Positions 25,928 to 35,180 of a stretch of DNA of 64,000 bases are shown in pieces. Each line of letters starts with the position of its first letter. The stretch's first letter is position 1. The position numbers were made by a program, and so were the translations under genes. The notes beneath the pieces are model-generated. The model had not been told where the DNA came from. It saw nothing but the letters and a program-made list of their open reading frames with translations, and did not search any database. The stretch lies in sequence record NC_019405.1, one strand, 5' to 3'.

Positions 25928-26078
25928 GGGCCTTCTCCGAGGTCCGGATGATCAGGGCGACCAGCAGGATCGCGATGATCACCGCCGTCGTCATCGGAGG
26001 CTGGCGATTGTAGCCGTCGATGAAGCCAAGCACGGTCCCCGCCAGCATCGCCGCCCCATAGGCGCTCCAGAACTTCAA
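25920..26078 (-). CDS. small membrane protein (52 aa)
   Basis: TTG 26078 overlaps the upstream TGA; two hydrophobic segments. Confidence 0.65.
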   Translation of the reverse strand: MKFWSAYGAAMLAGTVLGFIDGYNRQPPMTTAVIIAILLVALIIRTSEKARV

Positions 26079-26662
26079 GCCTCGATCTCCTCGAACCGCC
26101 CATCCATGAATTCGGCCTCGCGCCGACCCCACATCTGGCCCTCGGCGTCGAGGTAGGTCAGCAGGGTCTCGTCATCGAGCACCGGGGTCTCGCACTGGAT
26201 GCGGATCGTCCCGACCAGGGCGTATTCGCCGCCGCGCTTCCTGTGGCGGAAGCGCCGCATGCCGCGCGGAAGCTCCGCCAGGAAGGCCTTCAGGGCGTCC
26301 GCCACCTTGGCGACGCCGTGCGGGAAGTGCGAGCCCGGCCCGCGCACCCATTGATAGATCGTCGCCAGGGCGAAGCGCCCGGCGGCGATCTCGCCCGTGG
26401 GGTCCTTGCGGATCATGTCCGGCGCGTAGTCTTCGAGATAGTTCGTCCCGAGGATCGCCATGCAGCGGGCCTCCTCCACCGAAGTCGGCAGACGCAGGTG
26501 ATCGCGATCCAGGCGGTCGGCCTCGGCGAGCGACTTGATCACCCCGACCAGGATCGCCGCCTTCTCGGCGTGCCACTGCCGGCCACCGGGCTCTGCGGCG
26601 CGCTCGGCGTGGTAGAGGTGGTAGTCCAGTATCTCGTGGACGTCTTCGCTCTGTCGGGACAT
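26075..26662 (-). CDS. hypothetical protein with C-terminal DUF1653-like motif
   Basis: FRHRKRGGEY..VG...Y...G.MWGR...EFMDGRFE. Confidence 0.75.
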   Translation of the reverse strand: MSRQSEDVHEILDYHLYHAERAAEPGGRQWHAEKAAILVGVIKSLAEADRLDRDHLRLPTSVEEARCMAILGTNYLEDYAPDMIRKDPTGEIAAGRFALATIYQWVRGPGSHFPHGVAKVADALKAFLAELPRGMRRFRHRKRGGEYALVGTIRIQCETPVLDDETLLTYLDAEGQMWGRREAEFMDGRFEEIEA

Positions 26663-26673
26663 AGGGTTCCTTC

Positions 26674-26723
26674 CGTTGTCGTCACCCGCGACACTAGATG
26701 GTCGGAGGTGTGACTGTCAACAC
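26674..26723 (-). promoter_or_regulatory. phage promoter cassette
   Basis: GTGTTGACA-18-TAGTGT then GACGACAACG. Confidence 0.8.
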
Positions 26724-26724
26724 T

Positions 26725-27246
26725 TCACGTCAGAGCTAGACGGTGACGATAGAACAGGCGCCGGCCGTTGAAGAACAGACGGATGCGGAATTCCTCGTCG
26801 AGGGTCCCGATGTCGAGGCTAAGGCCCAGGAGGCCCAGGCTGACATAGGCATGGCGCCCGAAGCTCCCCGGAATGGCGTCCATGCCGCCGGCGACGAACC
26901 GGATGAGCCAGAGCCAGCCCAGGTCGAATCGCTTGAAGCCCTGCCATTCGATCGAGCGCCAGGAGAAGCCGCCGCCCAGCAGGGTGATGTCGATGTCCAG
27001 GTTCCAGCCGTCGGCCAGCGGATCGCGGCGGCGGTGGTAGCGCAGGCGAAAGAAGCCGCCGTCGAGGTCGAAGTTCGGGATCGCGCCAAAGGCCAGACGG
27101 CGCAGACGCGCCAGGACATAGCCGACCGGGAAGATCACCAGGGCGTAGAGACTCAGGAGGAAGACCAGGGCCACGGCGCACCACAGGCCATGCCAGAAGA
27201 ACCCGAGCATCATCCCAAGCTTTGGCGAATGGTCGGGCATGGTCAT
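26725..27246 (-). CDS. membrane protein (173 aa)
   Basis: N-terminal TM segment, Trp/Phe-rich. Confidence 0.7.
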   Translation of the reverse strand: MTMPDHSPKLGMMLGFFWHGLWCAVALVFLLSLYALVIFPVGYVLARLRRLAFGAIPNFDLDGGFFRLRYHRRRDPLADGWNLDIDITLLGGGFSWRSIEWQGFKRFDLGWLWLIRFVAGGMDAIPGSFGRHAYVSLGLLGLSLDIGTLDEEFRIRLFFNGRRLFYRHRLALT

Positions 27247-27881
27247 GTCCCCTTGGCGAAGTCACCGGCCCGGCCGATGACATGGAAATAGGCGTAGGCC
27301 TCGCCGGGCGTATGCCGGTCGCGATTATCGACGACCGGGAGGTCCTCGGCGTAGCGGGCGAACCACGCGGCCTTGCGCGCCGCCCAGGCGGCGGGGTCCT
27401 CGTCGTGATCCCAGCCGAACAGTCCGCGCCCGTTTTCCCGACCCTTGCGCAGGTGGGCCACTGGCTGGTTGGTCCCAATGTAGCGGGTGTAGGCCTCGGG
27501 CGCTTCGCCGTGCTGGGTCGGGCGGCCGTCGCCATGGTGGTCGACGAAGGCCAGATCGTTTTTGGAGAGGTCCTGGGCGATCCAGCCGCGACGGTCCTTG
27601 ACGAAGGGATCGACCAGGATGGTGATCTCGCGATAGATGTTCGCGCCGACGATCATGGCCCAGGCCTCGTTATCGGCGCGTTCCTTGCCGCCATCGCGCA
27701 GGGAGATCAGGTAAGCGCAGCCGTCCTGGATGGACTTGCCCTCCAGGAGGGCCGCCCAGTTCATGCAGATGTCGCCCCACTTCTTGGCGGCCAGGACATC
27801 CCAGGCGGTGCGTTGCTTGGCGTCGCGCTCGTAATAGACCCTGGCGGCGTCGCGCAGATGATCGGAGAAGGTCTGGATCAT
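27243..27881 (-). CDS. hypothetical protein (212 aa)
   Basis: Coupled ORF. Confidence 0.75.
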   Translation of the reverse strand: MIQTFSDHLRDAARVYYERDAKQRTAWDVLAAKKWGDICMNWAALLEGKSIQDGCAYLISLRDGGKERADNEAWAMIVGANIYREITILVDPFVKDRRGWIAQDLSKNDLAFVDHHGDGRPTQHGEAPEAYTRYIGTNQPVAHLRKGRENGRGLFGWDHDEDPAAWAARKAAWFARYAEDLPVVDNRDRHTPGEAYAYFHVIGRAGDFAKGT

Positions 27882-28174
27882 CAGTCGACCTTCGGTTCGC
27901 GCTTGAAGCGGCCGTTCTCGTCATAGCGGTCCGGGTTGGCGCCGGGGGCGTGGAAGCCCGCCATCGAGCCGATCTCCATGGCCGCGCGCTGCGCCGGCGT
28001 AACGCCCATGCGCTGGTTCATGGCGGTGACGGCGGCCTCGCCCTGGACCCCGTAGTCGGTGGGGTAGTAGCCGGTCTCGTCCTTCTTCAGGATGACCGTC
28101 TCGCCCGTCTCGATGTTGATCGAGTAGCAGAGGTCGGGCAGGGCCGCGAGATTGATCTGGCGTTGGGTCAGCAT
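27881..28174 (-). CDS. hypothetical phage protein (97 aa)
   Basis: LP..CY...GYY...N..MGVT.AQ..AM..GSM.G...PGA.P motif; first gene after a promoter. Confidence 0.8.
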   Translation of the reverse strand: MLTQRQINLAALPDLCYSINIETGETVILKKDETGYYPTDYGVQGEAAVTAMNQRMGVTPAQRAAMEIGSMAGFHAPGANPDRYDENGRFKREPKVD

Positions 28175-28185
28175 GGAGGCCTCCT

Positions 28186-28245
28186 TGTTGTCGTCGAGGA
28201 TGGCTTCTAGCCGGCCCAGGTCAGGTTGTCAACACTCGACAGCCA
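28186..28245 (-). promoter_or_regulatory. phage promoter cassette (upstream-operator type)
   Basis: TGGCT-GTCGA-GTGTTGACA-17-TAGAAG then CGACGACAAC. Confidence 0.9.
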
Positions 28246-28549
28246 AGTAGACGTTTCGGCGCGGCTCATAGGGGAGATCGTTGGCGATCGCCATCAGCCA
28301 GCCGGCGTGGCAGCGCTTGGGAGCGCAGTGGCAGACGAGATGGAAGCCCTTGAAGTTGGCCTTGACCCAGGCGACGAACGCCTCGTCCTTGGACTTCAGG
28401 GCGATGTACTTGTCGATCACCGTGTCGCGATCGCCATCCTGACCGATGCGGAATTCGTTGCCCGCCGGGGTCCCCCGGCCGACGTACTTGGACATCGGCG
28501 GGAGATGGCCTGGGAACTCGCTTCGGCTGAGAACGCGCAGTTCGATCAT
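28229..28549 (-). CDS. DUF4326 family protein
   Basis: YVGRG...GN.F.IG.DG.R..VI.KY, L.C.CAP..CH. Confidence 0.85.
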   Translation of the reverse strand: MIELRVLSRSEFPGHLPPMSKYVGRGTPAGNEFRIGQDGDRDTVIDKYIALKSKDEAFVAWVKANFKGFHLVCHCAPKRCHAGWLMAIANDLPYEPRRNVYLAVEC

Positions 28550-29190
28550 GCCGCCCGGCTCTCCACGTAGTCGGCGAGGATCGCCAGGGTGTCCTCGGCC
28601 GAGGTGTGGAGGATCGAGAAGCCCCCAGCCCGGTTCCAGGCCACGCAGTTGGCGACGCGATCGTCGATCAGGATTTGGTGGTCGGAGTGCTTGCGGTGCA
28701 TGAACTCCTGCTTCTTGGCCGAGGTCGTGCAGATGAAGCGGTGGTCCTCGATCCGGATGCGATCGGGCACCATGCCGGCCACGGCCTCGTCCCCGGAGAA
28801 CATCTCGGCGAACGCCTGGGGCAGAAGCGTCTCCTCGATCCAGCGCCGCTTGCCATAGGCCGCGCCCAGCCAGTAGGGGTGGATCAGGAAGTCCTCGTCC
28901 GTCGCCCCGAACTTGGGCGAGGCGGTCAGGATGATCGGATCGGCCTCGAACACCGCCGTGTAGAGGTCGACGGCGCCGGGCATGAACGGCAGGGTCTCGA
29001 AGAAGTTCGTGCCCTCGATCTTGCGGTACATCCCCTGCTTCCAGAGGTTGGCTTCGTCGTCCATCGCGTGGCTCGACTTGTTGTACTCGGAATCGGGCTC
29101 GAACCCGAGCCGGCGGATGCCCGCGTCGAAATCGGCCAGGACGCCGTCCATGTCGAGATAGATGGCGAAGTTCTTCAGGTTCATGGTCAC
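28546..29190 (-). CDS. HAD-superfamily 5'(3')-nucleotidase
   Basis: YLDMDGVLADF (motif I), ILTAS (II), K, ILIDDR (IV). Confidence 0.85.
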   Translation of the reverse strand: MTMNLKNFAIYLDMDGVLADFDAGIRRLGFEPDSEYNKSSHAMDDEANLWKQGMYRKIEGTNFFETLPFMPGAVDLYTAVFEADPIILTASPKFGATDEDFLIHPYWLGAAYGKRRWIEETLLPQAFAEMFSGDEAVAGMVPDRIRIEDHRFICTTSAKKQEFMHRKHSDHQILIDDRVANCVAWNRAGGFSILHTSAEDTLAILADYVESRAA

Positions 29191-29387
29191 TCCGGAAATT
29201 GCGCGTGCAGCCCCATGGCGATGCGCGCCAGTTCGTAGGCGGTCTTGGTCTCCAACTCGCGGGTCGGCGTGCGCTCGATCTTGAGTTGGTCGCTCATCAT
29301 GTGGATGGCGTGGATGATGTCGCTCTTGCGCCTCTTCTCGTAGTAGCGGTGCGACGCGGTGGCGCGGATTTCGACGATCGCCATCAC
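29187..29387 (-). CDS. hypothetical protein (66 aa)
   Basis: Coupled ORF. Confidence 0.65.
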   Translation of the reverse strand: MMAIVEIRATASHRYYEKRRKSDIIHAIHMMSDQLKIERTPTRELETKTAYELARIAMGLHAQFPE

Positions 29388-29746
29388 AGGGCTCCCGCGC
29401 AGGCCAGAGCCATCGCCCAGCCGCGCTCGGTCGGCTCGAAGCGGGCGATCGGCCCCTTGACGTTCGGATCGTCGGAGAAATGCGGGTCGAGCCAGCCCTT
29501 GTTGGCGTGGATCACCTCGTCGAGCGAGCGCGCCTCATAGACCAGGATTTTGCGGCCCTCGTAGTTGAGGGCGTCGGGGTACATGATCTCGACCACCGTG
29601 CAGCGGCCGACCTCCTGGCCCCGGATGAGCCTCCAGCGCGCCGGGTCGGGATCGCCCGGCGTCAGCGTCACGGGAGACTGCCCGCCGGAGAAAAGCCGCA
29701 TCTTGCTGGGCTCACGCGCCGAGCGTCCGGTCGAGAACAATCGCAT
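29384..29746 (-). CDS. hypothetical phage protein (120 aa)
   Basis: ATG 29746 after the upstream TAG; YP...NYEG.KILVY...LDPHF...PIARF.PT..GW motif. Confidence 0.7.
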   Translation of the reverse strand: MRLFSTGRSAREPSKMRLFSGGQSPVTLTPGDPDPARWRLIRGQEVGRCTVVEIMYPDALNYEGRKILVYEARSLDEVIHANKGWLDPHFSDDPNVKGPIARFEPTERGWAMALACAGAL

Positions 29747-29753
29747 CCCCACC

Positions 29754-30140
29754 CTAGTCTCCCAGGCCCTGCATGGCGTTGTCGCGACTGTCCTCGGCGT
29801 CGGGCCGAGACGCCAGGGCCGCCAGAAGGTCAACCGAGAGGTGGCGGTTGTAGATCGCCACGCCCTTATACTTGAAAAGCTCGCTGGCCTCGTGGATCAG
29901 CGCCCGCTCAACCGCCGCCCAGGCCGTCTGGACGATCTCGGTGTCGGTGGTGTAGTAGGAGAGCTTCCACTTGCGCCCCTTCCACATCTCCGGCTCGCCG
30001 GTGACGGTGTTGACCCCGTCCTTGCAGACGATCTGGAGCCAGACCTCGGTGCGGCTGGTCCCGAGTCGGAACTCGAAGCCAGGATAGCTCAGGCGGTCGA
30101 CGATGGTGCGGATCGATTGGGCGCTGCGACGATTCGCCAT
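29754..30140 (-). CDS. hypothetical phage protein (128 aa)
   Basis: GRKW.LS...T..EIVQTA...HE..E.F.Y.G motif. Confidence 0.8.
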   Translation of the reverse strand: MANRRSAQSIRTIVDRLSYPGFEFRLGTSRTEVWLQIVCKDGVNTVTGEPEMWKGRKWKLSYYTTDTEIVQTAWAAVERALIHEASELFKYKGVAIYNRHLSVDLLAALASRPDAEDSRDNAMQGLGD

Positions 30141-30142
30141 GC

Positions 30143-30604
30143 TCAGGGCCTCGACTTGATCAGCTTCTTCTTGCGTCGGGGCGGGCGCGGCGCGAGCGGG
30201 AAGCCGTGATCCGCGTACACGGGTTCGGGCGGCGGGGCGGGGAGGTCCGCCGGGCGTTCCAGGCTAAAGGCGTCCGCGTCGAGGTCGTAGATCGACACCC
30301 GATCGCTGTAGCCGTAGCGGTTGTCATGGTAGGTGATCCCGACGTCTCCCAGGCTGGAGACCATGATCACCCGGCAGGCCTTGCCCTTGTAGCGGCCGTA
30401 GAGCTTCGGCATGAAGCCGGCCTCCTCGATCGCCAGGGTCTCGGTGGCGTTGCCGGCGTTCAGCGCCAGAAAGCCCCGCACGATGGCCGGCAGCTTGTAG
30501 TCGCAGATCGCGCGGCTGTTGCTGACCTCGTAGGGCATGCCGATCTTGCCCTCCATCAGGGCGCCCAGGACCTCGGCGTCGCTCAGGGTTTCAGTCTCGG
30601 CCAT
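30143..30604 (-). CDS. hypothetical protein (153 aa)
   Basis: ATG 30604; basic C-tail. Confidence 0.7.
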   Translation of the reverse strand: MAETETLSDAEVLGALMEGKIGMPYEVSNSRAICDYKLPAIVRGFLALNAGNATETLAIEEAGFMPKLYGRYKGKACRVIMVSSLGDVGITYHDNRYGYSDRVSIYDLDADAFSLERPADLPAPPPEPVYADHGFPLAPRPPRRKKKLIKSRP

Positions 30605-30860
30605 AGGTGATCCTGTACGGGAGCCCGCCGACGCAGATTTTCCCGCGTCGGCCGTCGGCGGTGGTGAAACGGAAGCCCTGGCGGCTCTTGGTGCCGGCGC
30701 AGGACCACCATGCGCGGTGGAAGCTGACGACCTCGACGCCGGTGTCGCGCTCGACCAGATGTCGAGCATGACGTCCCTCCCAGGTGTAGGCCCAGACCCC
30801 GATGGCGAAGAAGACCAGAGTCAGGGAGCCATAGACGGCCCCTTTGACATAGTCCTCCAT
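30591..30860 (-). CDS. small membrane-anchored protein (89 aa)
   Basis: N-terminal TM helix, two Cys. Confidence 0.7.
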   Translation of the reverse strand: MEDYVKGAVYGSLTLVFFAIGVWAYTWEGRHARHLVERDTGVEVVSFHRAWWSCAGTKSRQGFRFTTADGRRGKICVGGLPYRITYGRD

Positions 30861-31237
30861 CAGGCCGCCACGAGCCCGGTGATCACGTCGGTGACGATGC
30901 GACGCTTCTCGGCCGGCATGCCCGCCAGCGCCAGGATCGTCTTGGCGCCGATCTCGGCGACGGCGGTCTCGACGTCGGCCCGGCCGTCGGTCAGGAACGC
31001 CGGATCGTCGACCGGCGGATAGAAATGCCCGATGTCCTTCTTCAGGAACTGGGCCGCCTCATAGAGCTTCGAGGACGAGATGCGGTTATGCCCGCGCTCG
31101 TATTTCTGGACCTGCTGGAAGGTCACGCCGATCGCCTCGGCGAGTTGGCCTTGCGAGAAGCCGGCCGTCTTGCGGGTGTCGCGCAGCTTGCGCCCCACAT
31201 AGACGTCGACGGGGTGCGGGGTCTTGTCGTCAGCCAT
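30860..31237 (-). CDS. XRE-family HTH transcriptional regulator
   Basis: HPVDVYVGRKLR..R...G.SQ..LA...GVTFQQVQKYERG.NRIS.S.L. Confidence 0.92.
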   Translation of the reverse strand: MADDKTPHPVDVYVGRKLRDTRKTAGFSQGQLAEAIGVTFQQVQKYERGHNRISSSKLYEAAQFLKKDIGHFYPPVDDPAFLTDGRADVETAVAEIGAKTILALAGMPAEKRRIVTDVITGLVAA

Positions 31238-32216
31238 GAGCGGCTTCCTCCTTCTGCTTCTTGGACCGCAGGTCGCGGCGGTGTTTAAAGGCCGCGCGCA
31301 GGGCCTGGGTGGTGTCGTCGTGCATGCCCAGGTCCGCCCCATCGGGCGCGACCACGCTGTTCTGGAGACCGAACCGATAGCCCTCGGCCGTCAGTTCATA
31401 GACCGCCTGCTCCTCGTGCATCTGGGCGAGGTGGCGATAATATTCGGCCAGCGCCAGTTCGTAGTCGCCCAGGAAGAGGCGCGCGTTGCGCTCGACGCCG
31501 GCGACCTCGGCGCGGAAGGTCAGCAGGAACCGCCCAGGCCCGACATGCGTCAGCTTGTAGCCGTGTTCGGCCAGCACCTCGTCGACGGTCTTGGTGACCG
31601 TGTAGATGTGGAAGGTGTAGACGGCTTCGATGTGGGTGTCGTCGTAGAGATACTCGGACCGGTTTTGATGCTCGCCGATGTAGGGACCCCACTTGTGGTA
31701 GCGCCAGCCGCCGGACGCGGGCTGGTGCTCACGCCGGACTTCCACCATCGAGATGAAGTAGGGCGTGTCCGGATCGTCGATCAGGTCGGGGATGCAGGCG
31801 AGAAGCTGCTCGGGGCTGTCGCAGACGCCGTAGCTTTCGACCAGATAGGGGATGCGCCTATAGCCCTCGGGGACCGGCGGGACCTCGTCCAGGTACTCGG
31901 TGTCGAGCACCTCGATCTTGTACTTGTCGTGGAGCAGGTTGATCCGCGCCTCGCGGCGGTCTCCGTCGGCCTTGATCCAGGCCCGGACCGCAGCGCTGCG
32001 CTCCTCCTCGGTCTGGCCGCGTTCGTGGGGCGGACCCCACTTGCTGTCGCGGTCCTCGATCTTTTCGACGATCTCGTACTCGGGATTCCAGGAGCCCATC
32101 GAGTAGACGCCCTGGTGGAGGCGAATGGGCTTGCGGGCGCGGTTGTTCATTTCCGCGATCATCTTGGCGATCGGGTCGACTTCCGAGGCGGGGCGCAGGG
32201 TGATGTCGTAGAGCAT
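31230..32216 (-). CDS. hypothetical phage protein (328 aa)
   Basis: YGVCDS.EQ, GGWRYHKWGPYIG...EYLYD motifs; ATG 32216. Confidence 0.8.
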   Translation of the reverse strand: MLYDITLRPASEVDPIAKMIAEMNNRARKPIRLHQGVYSMGSWNPEYEIVEKIEDRDSKWGPPHERGQTEEERSAAVRAWIKADGDRREARINLLHDKYKIEVLDTEYLDEVPPVPEGYRRIPYLVESYGVCDSPEQLLACIPDLIDDPDTPYFISMVEVRREHQPASGGWRYHKWGPYIGEHQNRSEYLYDDTHIEAVYTFHIYTVTKTVDEVLAEHGYKLTHVGPGRFLLTFRAEVAGVERNARLFLGDYELALAEYYRHLAQMHEEQAVYELTAEGYRFGLQNSVVAPDGADLGMHDDTTQALRAAFKHRRDLRSKKQKEEAAHG

Positions 32217-32497
32217 CAGGCGGCGCCCTGGGCGATTTCGTAGGTGATCTTCGAGACGCCGATATCGACCACGAACCGGTCGGGCGAGCCGTCGAACACG
32301 TAGTTGGCCTGACACCCAATCGGCATCATCTTGCCGTTGTCCATCCAGATCGCGTCCGGCGTGGCCTCGACCACGCCGCGCACCTGCGCCTGGGCCGGAG
32401 AAGGTTGCATCTCCACGCCGCCCACGGTGATCGCCACGGCCGCGAGACGCGCGCCCGGCTGGTTCAACTTGGCGATCAGGTCCTGGATCGAGTTCAC
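32216..32497 (-). CDS. hypothetical protein (93 aa)
   Basis: GTG 32497 with AAGGAGG SD after a promoter. Confidence 0.75.
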   Translation of the reverse strand: MNSIQDLIAKLNQPGARLAAVAITVGGVEMQPSPAQAQVRGVVEATPDAIWMDNGKMMPIGCQANYVFDGSPDRFVVDIGVSKITYEIAQGAA

Positions 32498-32510
32498 GCG
32501 GCCTCCTTCT

Positions 32511-32570
32511 GTCGTTGTGTCGACATAAGCTCTAGCCGTGGTTTTCCGGCCTGTCAACACACAACCGCCA
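32511..32570 (-). promoter_or_regulatory. phage promoter cassette (upstream-operator type)
   Basis: TGGCG-GTTGT-GTGTTGACA-17-TAGAGC then CGACACAACGACAG. Confidence 0.85.
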
Positions 32571-32576
32571 AGGGTC

Positions 32577-32608
32577 AAAAGAAAACCGCCGCCCCGAAGG
32601 ACGGCGGT
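32577..32608 (-). terminator. intrinsic terminator
   Basis: ACCGCCGTCC-TTCG-GGGCGGCGGT then TTTCTTTT. Confidence 0.9.
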
Positions 32609-32634
32609 CATGACAGAGCATGTCAGGAGGGACG

Positions 32635-34758
32635 TCAGACGTCCAGAGCGAAGGCCGGCGGGGAGACGTCCGGCTTCTGAATGATGAATCCCCGATCCAA
32701 GAGGGGCGGGAAGACCTGCTTGAGCACGCCGGCCGCGACCCCGGCTTCCTCGGCGATTTCGGCGAACGTGAAGGCCTCGCGCTGGCCGGCGCTGGCGACA
32801 AACAGATCGTTGAGCGCCAGGATCACCGCGCCCGCCGGACTGATCTCGTAGGCCATGTCGAAATTCGGGTCTTCCGACAGCCGCAGCAGGCCTTCCGCCT
32901 CCAGGTTCGCGATGAGCGCCTTGAGTTGGTCGACCTTGACCGCGCCAAGATGGGTTTGGATTTCCCAGGGCGCCGCCGGCTCCTCGGCGCGCACGGCTTG
33001 CAGCGTCGCGATCAAGGCGATCGCCGGCATGGCCCGCACGATCATCTCGTCGCCAACCGTCAGGTCCGGGGCGTTGACCAGCAGGTCATTGATCACCGCG
33101 TCGCCGTGGGTCTCGACATAGGTCCGCAGCCGCTTGAGGGCGACCAGGAAATCGTCCTTGGTGATCGGCTCGATGCGGAAGGTCAGGAGCGGGTCGGTCG
33201 GAATCTCCGAGAAGTAGGCCCGACCCCGGTGGCTCCAGCCCTCGACCACATGCAGGAAGAGATCGATCGGCATGGCGACGGCGCCAAAGCCCAGTCGCGC
33301 ATCGTCCGTCGCCTCCTCGACCTGCGCCAAGGCGTTGTCGATCGCTTCGAGCGTGAAGCCCCCGACAAGGCCGTTTTCCGCCGCGTCCAGCACGTTGGCC
33401 GCTTCTTCGGTGCCGAGCCCTTCGACGACCATTTCCGAGGCCTCCTGAGCCGTTTCCTGCGGCAGGGCGTCGGCGAGCTTGCTCATCGCCTCGGCGACGC
33501 CGCTCGTGTCGAGTTCCAGCTTCAGGGCCAGCTTCTCGGGACGCGCCGAGTAGGGCACGCCCTGGATCACCACGGCGCCCAGGTCGCCGACGACGCGCTT
33601 GGTCACTTCCAGATAGGCGTAGCGCGAGGCGGCGTTGAGCAGCGACAGCCGTTCGAAGACGATCTGCTGCTCCTGCTCGCGCGACAGGATGCCCGTCTCC
33701 AGGATGAACAGCGGCTCGGAGCCGTCCAACGGAGGCTTGGCCTCGCCGTCGTCTTCCGGAAGGTCCTCGTCGAAATCGGCGCCGCTGATCGGCTCGCTCT
33801 CCGGCGGGGTGAAGCGGATGCCCGGCTCGCGGGGCGGTTCGGCGGGAGTGGCGTCGTCGAGAGGCATGTCGGTCCTTTGAGGCTTGGAGGTGATGAAGAG
33901 CGTGGTGAGATCGACGTCCCAGACCCCGCGCCCGTCGGTGAAGAGCGCCATGAAGGTCCCCAGGCGCGCATCCCAGCGGATGGTCTGGATCACGCCGTTG
34001 ACTTCGCCATAGACGCCGGTCGCCCCCACGAGTTCATCGCGCAGGACCTCCGCATGGTCGTGGCACTCACCAAGCGTCGCCGGACGCACGGCGTGGAACG
34101 GGTATTGCTGATAGGCGCCCGGCGGCGAGACGAGGCGGACATTGACGTAGAGCGGCCCCAGATAGGTGTGGGCGTCGCGCAGGAAGCCGACCACGGTCTC
34201 CCCGTCGTTCTGGGTCGCCACCACGGGCATGCCGGCGCAGTTAGCCGTCAGGACCGCCGGATAGTCCTGGGGATAGGCCACGGCGTACAGGTGGAGATGA
34301 TCACCCCGGCGCTGGGCCTTCCAGTCGGCGACACACCAAGCCGCCACCCGCGTGGCCCCGAACTCCGGCGTCTCCTCGATCAAGACGCCGCCGTCCGGAA
34401 GGTCCGCCTGCCCGACGTAAGGAACGACCTCGCTATGGCTGACGCTCCAGGCGGGCTTGGGAAATTGCGGGGTGATCATGAGCTTCTCGGTGAAGGTGAG
34501 ATTGATGGCGTCGGCGTAGTGAACATACGGGCCGACCGGGGTAGTCCAGGGCGGATCACCCTTGCGGATGTCCGACAGCGGCACTGCGACGTGCCTGCCG
34601 TTGGGCTGGACGATGTCGGCCAGGATGCGCGGCGGCTGGTGCATCAGGGTCACGACGTGCCCCTCGCCCGCCTCGAAGGTGCGGCTCTTGGGCCACCAGA
34701 CCTTGGACCCGGTCCAGTGGATCGACTGGATGACGAGGTCTTGTTCGGTCCCGATCAT
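32635..34758 (-). CDS. 707-aa multidomain protein (SH3-like beta segments, acidic linker, C-terminal winged helices)
   Basis: Long ORF with strong bias; C-terminal L.NLEAEGLL...Y.ISPAG and FTFAEIAEEAG...LLDRGFI. Confidence 0.8.
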   Translation of the reverse strand: MIGTEQDLVIQSIHWTGSKVWWPKSRTFEAGEGHVVTLMHQPPRILADIVQPNGRHVAVPLSDIRKGDPPWTTPVGPYVHYADAINLTFTEKLMITPQFPKPAWSVSHSEVVPYVGQADLPDGGVLIEETPEFGATRVAAWCVADWKAQRRGDHLHLYAVAYPQDYPAVLTANCAGMPVVATQNDGETVVGFLRDAHTYLGPLYVNVRLVSPPGAYQQYPFHAVRPATLGECHDHAEVLRDELVGATGVYGEVNGVIQTIRWDARLGTFMALFTDGRGVWDVDLTTLFITSKPQRTDMPLDDATPAEPPREPGIRFTPPESEPISGADFDEDLPEDDGEAKPPLDGSEPLFILETGILSREQEQQIVFERLSLLNAASRYAYLEVTKRVVGDLGAVVIQGVPYSARPEKLALKLELDTSGVAEAMSKLADALPQETAQEASEMVVEGLGTEEAANVLDAAENGLVGGFTLEAIDNALAQVEEATDDARLGFGAVAMPIDLFLHVVEGWSHRGRAYFSEIPTDPLLTFRIEPITKDDFLVALKRLRTYVETHGDAVINDLLVNAPDLTVGDEMIVRAMPAIALIATLQAVRAEEPAAPWEIQTHLGAVKVDQLKALIANLEAEGLLRLSEDPNFDMAYEISPAGAVILALNDLFVASAGQREAFTFAEIAEEAGVAAGVLKQVFPPLLDRGFIIQKPDVSPPAFALDV

Positions 34759-35180
34759 GCGGACGCCGCCGCGCCGGCCGGCGTCAAGCCGTAGATGGTG
34801 GGGCCGCGCGGCGACTTTCCGAGCGCGACCACTTCCAGATAGCCCATATTATTCAAAGCCTTGGCTGTTTCATGATCGGGGTGATCGTTGAAGACGTTGA
34901 GGCGCCCGCCCTCGCCCATCGCCTGGGCGGCGCGCAGAAGACTCGCCTCGGCTTCGGTCAGGGTGACCAAGGCGACGTCCTCCAGCGCCACGTCGATCAC
35001 GCAGGTCTGACCCTGGTGAACAAACTCGATAATCGCCAGCCGGCGATAGGTCCCCGGCAGGACCGCGAGGCAGACGCCTCGGACCTCGACCTTCTGGCGG
35101 GCGGTGATCGGGAGATAGAGGCTCGTCTTGACGGCCTTGCCCTTGAGGGACAGATGCTCGTGCGTCGCCAGCGGGATCAT
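34755..35180 (-). CDS. hypothetical protein (beta-barrel plus winged-helix-like C-terminus)
   Basis: AKALNNMGYL...IYGLTPAG. Confidence 0.75.
   Translation of the reverse strand: MIPLATHEHLSLKGKAVKTSLYLPITARQKVEVRGVCLAVLPGTYRRLAIIEFVHQGQTCVIDVALEDVALVTLTEAEASLLRAAQAMGEGGRLNVFNDHPDHETAKALNNMGYLEVVALGKSPRGPTIYGLTPAGAAASA

Noticed and set aside
2293-32243. Long plus-strand ORFs across the left arm (e.g. 2293-3489, 4416-5825, 5861-7141, 12530-14137, 17038-18468, 20929-22032, 31224-32243)
   Set aside because: They mirror real minus-strand genes, have Arg/Gly/Val-rich shadow composition and run against all promoters in this arm
32620-34794. 724-aa plus-strand ORF
   Set aside because: Antisense shadow of the 707-aa minus gene; high GC3 on the coding strand removes stops on the opposite strand; no SD or promoter
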